In this document: in pieces, positions 23,501 to 34,538 of the stretch
Layout of the letters: each line of letters starts with the position of its first letter
Numbering within the stretch: position 1 is the stretch's first letter
From: Klebsormidium nitens
Lineage: Eukaryota > Plantae > Klebsormidiophyceae
Direction: 5' to 3'
Length of the DNA: 64,000 bases
Assembly: GCA_000708835.1 (NCBI GenBank)
Contig: DF236952.1
Span: forward strand, 62,001-126,000
Notes under the pieces: model-generated
The model's input: only the letters and a program-made list of their open reading frames with translations
Databases searched by the model: none
What the model was told of the DNA's origin: nothing
Program-made: the position numbers and the translations under genes

Positions 23501-26500
23501 ACTACTGCAACGGCACGCAGCGCACACAAACCGGGCCGGGCCCTTCCGGAAACACAATCACGACCCCCGTGGTGAGCCGTCCTCTTCAGATTCGTCCTTT
23601 GCCATATAGTGATTGCATGGCAACGTTTCTTTTGTGAAGATTCTTAGATTTCAGCTGGCTGGGCCTTTCTTTGTTTCTACAGCGTCTCTTCGCTGACGAG
23701 TTTCGTGCCTGAATTGTCCACAATTGCAAGCCTTTTCATGCACTGGTGCGGTGATCTTCAGATTATATGCATTGCCGGGAAACCAATCAGGAAATTTTAC
23801 CTTCTGCAAGGTGTTCCCGGGGAAAAGTCGACGAAGCACGAAGTAAACGAATCAAAAGGAAGAGAACTATCAATTGTCAAAACTCAAAACACCGCCTTAC
23901 ACTACGTTCCGCTTTCTCCAGGCCCAAAGCTGTACATATGATTCCCTTGCGGTAGGCTTCTGCAGCACCTGCATCGATGCCACTTGCAATACTGATGGTT
24001 GTAACGCAATCACAGGGTAAGTTTGGGTGTCTTAATATGGTTTTGCTGCGTGCCTTTGATGGTCGAAGCTGGAGGCTTTCGTCAGAAGCACAAATCTTTC
24101 CTGAGCAAAAGACTGCATGGATGTACGTATCGCATCTGTTGCCCTCGAACGATCTGTCACGTGATTCAGCTTCGACCCTTCTCAAAGAAACGTTCTGTCT
24201 CTTGTAATGCTCAACGGAATGTAAAGACAACCTCGGAAAGCATCCTCTGTTTTCATACATCGCTCTTAGACCAACTTTCACCCCCCCTATTCTTATTTGT
24301 CCTTCTTTGATTTTCCCTGATCGAGCCGGACTTTCACCTTTCTCGACCTATCTGCCACTAGATTCATCCCCTTCCGTCTCTATCTTGTGAAAGTCCTTCT
24401 GCCTCCCTCAGTCCCGGAACCTTCCCCCTTGCTAATCTTCAACTTTTCCTCCTCCAATATGCTATGCACGGTCCCGGCAAATAGTATTTTTGAAACCTTT
24501 TGGGGCCGTGCGATCAGTCTCTTCATTCTGGTCGCCTACCATTCGACCTCTTTTTCCTCTTTAATATTTTGTAGTCTCCCGTACCCCTATCCCCAACTTT
24601 TGCTACTGCGGTGCTCCAATTTTGCCAGCTACTCCAATAAGCTATGCACGGATCCAGCAAACGCGGAACGCGCTCGACACCAGCTGGGGCCGCGCATACG
24701 GTCTCTAACTTCGACCGCCACTACATTCAACCCCGTTTTACTCCTCTATATCTGTTTGTATATTTAGTCTTGCGTTCTCAAATTCCCCCACTCTTGCTAA
24801 TTCTCGGTGCTCCGATCCACCAGCTACTCCAATAAGCTATGCACGGACCCAGCAAACGCGAACGCGCTCGACACCAGCTGGGGCCGCGCATACGGCCTCG
24901 ACTCGCGCTGCTTCCTCCAGGGCGACCAGTTCTGGGTCAAGGGCCAGCAGATCCTGAGCGCCTCAGGCGCCGGCTGCTTCAGCAACCGGTGCTCGCTCAC
25001 TGCCGGGGGGCAGTTCAGCTTGCAGGTAGGAAATCTGCGGCGTTTGTGTGAGATTTGACAACGTGTGCCCTGACTATCGTGTGTTTACGAAGCAGTTGCT
25101 GAAGCGTCGTCAGGGGTTTATGTTGTATGGTGCCGTCTGCTGGGACGGGATGTCAGGCGGTATTGACCCCACTAGGGACAAAATCTTCTTACTTCGATGG
25201 TCCGCTGAGCTTATAGTTTGTTGTTTTTGGAATTTGAGCTCGACATGCGTCCGAGATGTGTTGTCCATGCTATGATTGGTCAAAGATCTCACCCTCGCCA
25301 TCTCTCTTCTCGTTGTGGTTTCAAACCATTGATTTTTGTTGTTGCCAACATCAGATTTCGCTTTGCCTCCTGCCTCTTGTTCCGTCGCAAACTCGGTTAA
25401 CTTTGTAACGCAGTCGTGTCTTGATTTGTCCCCTTTCCTTATTCAAATCGTTTCTCCTTTTTGCCGCTTATCCAGCTCAAACCTCGTTCCTAAACTGGCC
25501 CCGACTCCTCAATCGCAGGTCCAGGTCGGCACTGGAAACTGGGTGCAGTGCGTGGACAACCAAATGGTCGACTTGACGAGCGCCGGCTTCTCCCAGGGCC
25601 GCCTCGGCCCCTGCCCCGTTGCCGCCGACTTCTGTCGCTTTGCCACGTGTCCAAACAGCTGTAGCGGCTTCGGCAAGTGCTACTTGGGCGTGTGCATGTG
25701 CGACCCGGGCCATGCGGGCGCGGACTGCAGCCAGGTGCGGACGTACTTTCATCTATGGTTTCCTAATCGCACAGCTGTGGTTTTTCCCAGTCTGTCGTTC
25801 AGATTGCCTTTTCACGGGTCTGGTATTCATCACTTTGGACTCTTATTTCTCAGCTCATATCAACGGGCGTTCTACTGGTTCCACAGGAACCTGTTGAAGG
25901 CACTAGTTCAGGGCTTCTTCAGAGCGACGTCTGGAGAATGCCAGTTTTGCGACTTGCTCAGGGCTCCAGCGTGGTGCTCGTAAACGGAGAGACTTTTAAG
26001 GTTCTCTTTGCAGGAACCCCCTTCAACATGCACGGTTGAGCACACTTTTCTCGTTTCCACCTTCATAAACGTGTTCTTTTTTTCTGCAGCGCACCTGCTC
26101 CCAAGACTCCCAGTGCTCGGACACCGGGTCCACCTGCAACCTGGCCACCAAAACGTGCGGCGCCGCCACGACTGGGGCCGCGGGAACCCCTTCCACCATT
26201 ATTACTGCGCCCACAGGCAACGGCACCGCTGCAGCGCCCCTGGGAGCTGCCGGTGCGTTCCCCCTTGAAGCTTGCTTTCTGCTTTTTCGAATATTGATAT
26301 CTTGACGCTCAAGTTTGCCCACCAATAGAAGCGGCTCGTTGCAAGTAACGTGACAGTAGTCTTTCTCCGCCCGACGTGGGGTTTAAATGCACGCTTCAGA
26401 CAAGAAAAAGCAAAAGGTTTGACCTGCTCGAAGGGGCCTGGTAACGTGTAGGATAACCACAAAAGAACCAAGCCGTGAGTCCTCAAGCTGGCCCAAGGTT

Positions 26501-29323
26501 CCACCATCATGCGGATTGTTCGAACTTGAGAATCCGCGTTTGACTTTCAAAAGCAACCGCCTAAAAGGCCCTTCGAATCGTTATTATATTCCTAGGTAAG
26601 CATAGCTGGCTCACTTGCCAGGCTCCAAATTTCCAGACCTCCTTCTCGCTTGCGATTCCGACTGGCGGTTAGAGCTCTCCCCTCTTTGCTATCTAGTGCA
26701 TTTTAACGTTCTCCACCGATGACTTGCATCCGAAAGCCGCCTCTCCAACTGATGCAGTTCCAACTCCGACCGCGTATGACCCGTCAAAAGTCGGGGTCGC
26801 CTCTCCGGGGCCCATTTCCGCCTCCGTATCGACCCCCCCGAGCGGTCAGCTCAGCCCCACCGACACTCGGCCCCAACCGACGCAGGGGGTACTCGTTATC
26901 TCCACCATCAGCTTCGGGGGAGGCCAGATTAGTCAAATGACAAACACGCAGAACCGGCTCTATTTCGAGGTGAGGCTCTGATGTTGCCGCATGGAGAATT
27001 GGACGAAGAGTGTCTGAGGTTGTGCGAGCCAGGGCGGTTTGGCTTTGTTTTGTATCGGATTCCTGGGTTGATGGGAGTCATTTGTCAATGCCTACCAGGC
27101 TGTGAACGGTGGGCGGACACGCGCTACTGTCACCAGCGGCACGTCCAATTCCACTTTTGAGTGCTCGTTCACGTTAGGTTTTGCGGTTCCAATGACCAGA
27201 GCGCTCCTCTCTTCAAAGATGGAACAGCTGTCTTGACCATGGTTGCTTACACGTCTCGCCGTTCCCTCTGCAGTCAAACTTTACGGCGGACATGGCCGCC
27301 GCTGTTCGGGCCGCGGGCTACTCGGGACAGGTTCAGGTAGGCACGCAACCGGCTAACCAACTCAGATTCTTGGTGGTCCTTTTCAAAGTCGCTTTTTGTG
27401 GCCGTTTACGAGTTGGTAAGTGCTTTGGTGCGGGAAACCGTCTCGAGTCAGGGATGAGAAGCTCTGCGGTATGCAACTATGTACGTGTGCTCTCCTGTTG
27501 CGTTTTCTTGCGTTAACGCCTGATGTTATTTTGAGACCCACGCCTCCAAAAGCTGGACGTTGCCCCCGCCAAATTCGTCCGTTCTCAACCGGAGATAGTC
27601 TGAAGCATGCACTGGCAATCTGAAGGCACTTCAGTCTGTCGTGTGTGAACAATTCGACATCACATGCTATTCCCGCCGTTCTTTATTTCCAATCGCCTTA
27701 CTGGCAGCATCGAGGCGTTTGGTTTGTATCTTAACAGGTGGTCATTGACGGCTTCCGGCAAGGCAGCATTATTGTCGACTCGACGACCGCTCTGCTGAGT
27801 GCTCGGACGTACGCTGAGGCAGATCGGCTGGTCAACTCCATCAGGTACCCTTCCCGTACGAATTAGCCATGAATGTTTGAGCATTTGTTCCAGAAAGCCA
27901 AACTTGGAGTGTTCGTTGAAGGACCTGCCCTTCTGATGGCTCCTCTCTGAGAGAGCGGATGCCAGGCTGAGAGATCATCGACTCGTCTGCCGATTGCAGT
28001 TTTAACGTCTCTTGGATGGCTAACCTGATTTGAACATGCTGAGGGAGCCTACGTTCGACAAAACTGATTTCTAAGCTCGAGTAAAAGCACTGTCAGTCAG
28101 AGACACGGGCTGACCTTTGAAGTTCAGTTACTGACCCCACCTTTGACACCTCACCCACGACGGATAACCTTGCGTTTCCTCACCACTACATCTCCTCTTC
28201 GCAGTTCCAACCCAGGGGCAATCTTCGCGGCCGACCCCTACTTCCAGACGTTGCCAGCTGGCGCGGTCAACGCCTCCAACGTGCGCGCTACGGCGGCCAC
28301 GACACAGGCGAATCTGAATCCGTCCAACGGCAATTCCAGGATATTTACGGACGGGAAGCTGTTCAACCTTCGGTGGTTCTGGTGGGCGGCGATTGGCGGG
28401 GGGGCCGTCGCGCTCTGCCTCTTCTGCTGCCTGTGCTCCAGTATAGGAGGTGAGACGCTCGCCATAGCTTATGGTCCAAGGCGTGGGCTTATGTGGTTTG
28501 TGACGGGAGAGTGAACACCATGGTGCGTCCGATGCTGGGAGGGTTGCGTTGAAAGCGGTCAAAGTGAGACAAGAGAGCAGTTTGAAATGAAATCAAGATG
28601 CGTATCTTCTAGTCCCGCTGCGTTACCCAGAAGCGTCTGGCTGACTTTGCACACAGGCTGGTTTTCGTGCATAGCTCCGGAATGCTGATTCTTGGTTGCC
28701 TGTTCTGACATGCGTTGTTGCTTGATGAATTCCTGACGGGTTGACTTGTCCGTGCTTGCAGCTCGGAAAAAACGACAGCAGACCGGCCAGCTGATCTACC
28801 GGCAAAACATTTCAGCCGAGTAAGCACCCCTGAACCACCCAACTGGCCCGTTGCATGCATCCATTTTCCGAGTTCGTTGCTTCGTGCTTTGTTCTCTCCC
28901 TCGAGTCGACCAGGCTTCTCGCACCTCTTGCATCGACCAGCTTCCTCTGACTTTCTTTGCTACCGCTCTTTTTGAAGCCTCCATCAATTTAGAGCCTCGA
29001 TAATGCTCAGGTTTTCTCTACTTGCTCGAAGCAATATGCGAAATGTCGGGACTGTATTTGGAACGGCTCAACGCGGAACTAGATTTCCGCCCACTAACAT
29101 ATTCACCAATTGGTGCAGGACCATACAATCCCTCCAGCGGGAAGGGATGCAGGCTCCGTACTGGCAGGGCGTTCAGTACGGGCCTTCAGGCCACGGGCCA
29201 GAAACAAGGCGGGTGCAAGATTACCCGTCATACCCACCTCCCCCAGTCTCTAACCCTCCATTTGAACAGCCTAGTCAGAGGGGTCCAGTGTACCCTGCAT
29301 ATCCGCCTCCACGACAGTACTGA
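17567..29323 (+). CDS. Leishmanolysin/invadolysin-like zinc metallopeptidase (peptidase M8), type-I membrane protein, 20 exons, about 949 aa
   Basis: Exons 17567-17615, 18315-18435, 18992-19070, 19339-19412, 19893-20034, 20614-20880, 21244-21322, 21820-22019, 22783-22939, 23477-23571, 23922-24016, 24824-25025, 25519-25734, 26090-26252, 26737-26969 (acceptor less certain), 27274-27336, 27738-27844, 28205-28449, 28762-28819, 29119-29323; phase-consistent. Signal peptide, propeptide HRCVHD, DRPLAGNVNFCP, HEMLHALGF, ELENDGG…SHWE…EAM, LALLQDSGWY, EGF-like CPNSCSGFGKC…CMCDPGHAGADC, TM WFWWAAIGGGAVALCLFCCLC. Confidence 0.92.
22920..23145 (+). repeat. Echo of the donor junction of M8 exon 9 (~95-bp unit)
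   Basis: ttgcgccccgacgg|gtgagcttgcgtcgtgc (22926 on) recurs as ttgcgcccgacggctgagcttgcatcgtgg (23021 on, GT changed to CT). ttctggtcct(t)cacaaa also recurs near 23000 and 23120. Confidence 0.85.
24420..24900 (+). repeat. Two intronic echoes (195 and 180 bp period) of the acceptor and first ~80 nt of M8 exon 12
   Basis: True ccag|CTACTCCAATAAGCTATGCACGGACCCAGCAAACGCGAACGCG at 24824. Echo 1 ccag|CTACTCCAATAAGCTATGCACGGATCCAGCAAACGCGGAACGCG at 24629 (one extra G). Echo 2 at 24449 (SSNMLCTVPANSIFETFWGRA; AG lost). Upstream ttgcta motifs are also repeated. Confidence 0.92.
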
Positions 29324-30528
29324 TTACCGCAAAGTCTTGGGATAACTTCTCCTTAAAAAAGAATCTCATTTGTCTGTAAAGGTATGTCATTACGTTGATT
29401 GAGCTCGCTGGACGAGTTGAACAGGTAGAGGATGTAGCTCTTGCTCCTGCTGTTGTACCAGCGCTACTGAATAGAAGATTACAAAGTAAACCCTGTGCCA
29501 GAAGCCTGTATAATTGTGAACAGCCGCCCGCCCGGCATACAGTCCCTGATAGAGCGTTCTTCTTTCTGCAATCCTTATGGAAGTAAAGTTTGACGCTATC
29601 TAAGTTCGACCATATCTCGCGGCTTTGAAGATTTCATGCACGCATTGTGTGTATATCTTCCAATGGTTAAGTGTATGTAAGAACCGAATCTTTGGGTGGC
29701 TGGTAACTATATGTTGGGCCACTGATATGTACTTCAATCAGTGCCGGGACTGGATATCTGTACACGACTAATTCAACAAACCGAACGCTTTCGATCGACT
29801 TCAAGTTGGACGCGGTGTATGTGGACGCAAAATGACACCGCGTCATCTCACGCGCCTACGTAGTGGCACTCATCGGCAAGGAGAATTGTATACAAAGGAA
29901 ATATGCATGGTTTCAGGGTTAGTGTATTGTCACTGCCGCCAGGCGCGGCACTGGCCGTGCCTCACTTTAGTCTTTTTATCATCATGCATATGTATGCGTT
30001 TATTGCGGTACGTCTTGGATCTGCATCCATGACCGCCACAATGTCATATTGACGTTACGCGCGCATGCTTAGGTCGAAACCATCGACTCAAGCTAGAAGC
30101 AACTTTCATAATTCATTAGTTGCATGTCACAGCATGCGGGCCCGGTCTGTCTATGCAGGTCAAAAGTTGCAGGTCGATGGCAAAACGATTAAGGTCCACA
30201 AATAGAGAAGCCTTTTCGCCGAATATTTCTACGTCGGAAGTGACTCTCATCTTGCGCTGTTGCCTCGTCAGTTCCTGCGAAAGGACGGGTTGCAAACGCC
30301 TATATTCGAGTTGATCTTATATGCTCATTCAATTTGTGCTGCATGCACCGAGTGAGCACAAAGCCTCGGTCGGCTGTGCGTCTATCCTGTCCAACATAAC
30401 CAATTCCACAGCCAGGTGAAAGGCAAATTGGTGGCATCACATTGAGGTTTTAATGAATCCTCTACTTTACTTTTTAAGATCGCTTTTACGTAAGCCCAGC
30501 TCGATCTCCCTTGTGCTATTGGATGATT

Positions 30529-33528
30529 CTACTTCTTCAAAGCTCTCTGGCGCTTTCGCCTTGCTCGAAGAAGCTTCTTCTGGGTCTCGATGTCAATCTC
30601 GTCTTCGACGACTTGGGAATCGACATGAAGTGGAGCGGAGGAACGACGCTCACCCCTTCCACCTACACGATCAGAACATTTTTCTCTTCAGATTTTGACA
30701 TGGGATTCAAGAACAGACTCGATGTCCAGCCCCTATTTTCGTTTCGTTGGTCTCAAACACTACAGTAGGCAGAGAGATCAAAACACTGTGAAATTTACAC
30801 AGTCGAGAGTGATTTCGATACAAGAAGCATTTGAGCAAGACATCAGATTGCAACGGAAGCCGTTTCTTGATCGTTTTTGTCCCACCGTTGCTGGCCGCTG
30901 GAGGGTCTTCTTCCAGGTCGAAATCGAAAGAGTCGCACGAGCTCTTCCTCTTGGCCGTCGAGATTTCAGCGGGTGATTTGCGCTGGATGCAAAGGTGCTT
31001 CAGGTTAGAAGAAGGAATTTTTCACTTTCGACAATTGCACCTTGACAAACAGCGTCACAAATGCCCTCAAGAATTGAGTACAATCAGGCAGTTGGCTGCT
31101 TCTTTGTGGAATCGTCTTGGTGGTTCTTACTGAGCTCCGCCGAGCTTCTCTGTCGGCACTTGTAGGAGAGTGACCTTGTACAGCACCTGCAGTTGAAGGT
31201 GTGACGTCAATGAGTCGCAACTCGTCAGTAAGTGCCTTTCATCTTTGATCTGACATCTAGTCTGGTGGTGAAGCGCATTCTTATCAGGAATAGAGAGGAG
31301 CGCTGGCGAAGGTGGATCACTTACTTTCACCAGATGTGGATACTCCTGACCTTCTCCTACTTCGAGGAGTTGATTTTCTGCAAGTTTTCAATCGCATCCT
31401 TCAGTTCGATTTGCATGGCATACAAATACACATCCTGAAGCACGGACCGTCTGCATAATGAAGGAAAGGGAAAGAAGCAATGCAGAGCTGCGTCCGAGAG
31501 CTCATTTTTCATTGCTGGAGGGAGCACGGTGGCATACCTTGACCTAGGGGAGGAACGTTTTTGCGCCCCACCGCTGGACCTTTTGACCACTGGTAAGAAG
31601 CTTGTTATTTTCTGCTGCAGCGGACTCGTGACCACGTGCTCACGTTCTTTTCCGTCAAGCTTCAGGGTCTTCTCCGGAGGGGAAGAAGAAACTGTCTTGT
31701 TTGCTGAGGTCAACTCCTGCGTCGGGTTTTTCAGAACAGTCTTACATCCTCTCAAGAATACTTCTTCCTCTGATCACATTCAAACGTGTGAGCATCATTG
31801 CAGTCGTAGGACCAGGTTCTACTCAGGAACTTGTGCCCGTCCCTACCTGTGTTTGAGACCGCACAGTTTCCGAGATCTCCGTTTTGAATTTCCCGAATGT
31901 TTCCACGAAAAGTGCTGGCATCTTGTCCACGACATTCTGGAGCTCTTCTCTCATCTCGACCTGCAGGAAGGAACTATGTTTGACAAAAGTGTCAATCATG
32001 GCATGTAATTATCGATCACGACGTTGCATGAGTCACCTTCCAAATACTACTACAGTAGTTCTGAAGTGCAGTGCGGAGTGAATAAATTTCGAAAAGATGA
32101 TATAGCTCAGAGGGTTTGAGGAGTCTTGATGCCAACACGGTCGATAAAAGAAGACGGTGTCTATCTGTAAACGATGACTCCTCACGCCTTACCAGTGACT
32201 TCAGAGAGACCTCTCGAATTGCATCGGCCTCTTTTGCGACTTCATCTGCAAAAACGAAGATTGCAAATCAGCCTTTTAGGATGATTGTATAAATTCCACC
32301 GTTTTGATAATGAGCGGGTTCAGGCCTCTTGCTGAGCATAATCACACATAAGGACTACGCACCTTCATTCCCTTTTGAGGAATCTTCCCTTTCTTTGACT
32401 TCCTGTAGGTTCAGCTTTATCTGCTTGATGTCGTGTTTTATGGTCTCTAAACAAGTGTCCAGTGCGTCCAGACGCCGTTCGACATCCGCAGCGTTTCCTG
32501 CAGCCAACAGAACGAGCATTTCTCTATGTTTCTTTGCAGATGGCTGCAAGAATGGCCATCGAAGTTTGAAGACGTCTTTTATCAATCTTGCCTCTTTCTG
32601 GAAACATCCCTAGGACTGGTGAAGCTGTCAGCGTTTCCTGCAATGGACTCAGAGTGCTTTGCAAGCTCACGGCGATCTTTACTCACCACGAAAGTCGTTT
32701 GCTGTCTGCAAACCTGATTGAACCAGGCTCGCTGCTATACCCGGTGCCGTTAGAGGTCTTGTATCGACCGATGGTCGATTGAAGACGGGTGGAAGAGAGG
32801 CGTATGCTGATGAGTAAGGCGAAGGAGGTCGTCTCGTGGAAGGGTCTCGTAGGACTTGCGAGTTGCTGCGCCACTATGGATGAAATAGAGGACATTTGCA
32901 TTCTCAAAATACTCGCTTGTGCAGCTTGGTTACACGAAAGAACTCGGGTCTTTGAGTATCTGATGCTTCAAAGATCGAAGTGATGACTTATCCGCCAAGA
33001 GGAAAAGCTCTATTTAAGGGGCACCATTCTCAACTTTTTCCAAAAGCAGCCGCTTACCTCATCTTGCGTCCTGCTCTCTTCCTGAGACTTCACAATCATT
33101 AGTTGGTACTGCTCATCGTTCTGTGAGAACTGCGAGAACGTGTTTTGGCTTTGTGACAGTTGGATCTGCGGGTTTCCTTGCATCGTCAGAGGAGGTCGAG
33201 GCAAGCCAGGTTGTTTGGAGAGACCTCGTGCGCCCGCAGGAGCTGGTACTCCGCCAGGTAAGCCATGCTGTTGAGACCCGCCTCTACCAGAAACGCCAAA
33301 TCTGCAAGCGAAAGAAAGGCAAGGCTTCAATGTCCGAGACTCGTTCACGAGCATCCCATTGAAGACCTTTCTCAAGAATGCGTCGTTTCTCTAGAGATCG
33401 ATCATCAATTCGAAAACAGAGACTGTGGACAGCGTACGAAAGACGACTTACCTCGTTGAGTCCATAGACGTTTGACTCAGACTGAAAAGCTCCGCAGAGC
33501 TTGGCTTGTTGACCAGCAGCTTCTTCAT
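30529..33528 (-). CDS. PRD3: PRD3/PAIR1-like meiotic recombination-initiation coiled-coil protein, 11 exons, about 448 aa
   Basis: Exons 33528-33452, 33301-33058, 32873-32687, 32497-32363, 32245-32193, 31960-31847, 31740-31538 (acceptor uncertain), 31377-31331, 31186-31131, 30982-30886, 30662-30529; phase-consistent. N-terminal MKKLLVNK, SQ-rich SQSQNTFSQFSQ, coiled coil DVERRLDALDTCLETIKHDIKQ, EELQNVVDKMPALFVETFGKFKTEI, acidic DSFDFDLEED and C-terminal EIDIETQKKLLRARRKRQR parallel angiosperm PRD3/PAIR1 blocks as recalled. Confidence 0.7.
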
Positions 33529-34145
33529 GATCAGCAGCACCGTATGATAGGCATTTGGAGCCAATTATGTAGAGCTAGTCAGGCTAGCAAAAGGTAAGGA
33601 TCAGTCAATTGTGATTTAGAGGTATTTGGACGCCCCTTCACAGCTGAACCAACCATGGGCTTGACGATTGGCTCTGAAGCGGCGTTCATCCAGCCAGCAG
33701 CCGTCAGCCCTTTCACCTTATCTATCGCCTTACGAATTTCTCAATATGATCATTCCAAACTTTCATCTAGTATCTTCGTACCTGCTTGTAGTCCTCTGTG
33801 GTACTTTAGCCTACTTAAGCGACCATGTGTAAGCGCGCTGAAGTGGTGAATTCTGCTAGTAAGATTTCGTCCATTCCCAATTGTTCTGCAAAAGAAACTT
33901 GGCTCACAAAGAAGGAGGGCATTTCTGTACTTTAAAAGCACGGATGGACCTAAGCAAGCAAGGTTGGGGTCAAGAAAGGTTAGGTCAGGACCAATCTTGC
34001 GATCAACCCAGATCAACCATATTCTTCCGCCTTACGTACCAGATCAAAGTTCAAACGTCTTTTTCCAGCGCCGCGCCTCTGAGGCAGCCGCGAGCGCTGC
34101 CACGCGCCGCGTGGCGACCACGGCCCCCGCCCGGCGCCAGGCACC

Positions 34146-34350
34146 GCGCGCGCATGAAACTCAAGAAAAATAATAGTAAGCTCAGATAATAGTAAGGTAA
34201 CCGTACTGTGACGGGTAGGGTTAGTATAATGGTTAGGGTGGGTACGGGTTCAGATCGGGTGTTTCATTTAAAGTTAGGGTTTTTAGTGTCAGTCGGAGCT
34301 TACTATTATCTTGGCTTACTATTATCTTTCTTGAGAGTTTTCGCGCGCGC
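34146..34350. mobile_element. Small foldback/MITE-like element (~205 bp) with ~50-bp imperfect terminal inverted repeats and a telomere-like G-rich core
   Basis: Left gcgcgcgcatgaaactcaagaaaaataatagtaagctcagataatagtaag versus the reverse complement of the right end, gcgcgcgcgaaaactctcaagaaagataatagtaagccaagataatagtaag. The core holds gggtagggttag…ggttagggtggg…gttagggt. No target-site duplication recognised. Confidence 0.72.
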
Positions 34351-34399
34351 TCGCTAGCTTAGTGAGCCTGGCCGCCGGCCAAGAAATGCCGAGTAAGGT

Positions 34400-34512
34400 A
34401 TACCCAGGCCCAGGGCCAGGGCCAGGGCCAGCCACCTTGCACCAAGCAGCATCACTGCCATCAGCAGCATACCACTGCATACCACTGCATACATCACTGC
34501 CATCAGCAGCAT
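34400..34512. repeat. Short tandem repeats just upstream of the PLR1 start (ccaggg/ggccag run; atcactgccatcagcagcat x2; accactgcat x2)
   Basis: Read directly. Confidence 0.7.
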
Positions 34513-34538
34513 TGATCGAGCTCTGAAAAGCAGACCAA

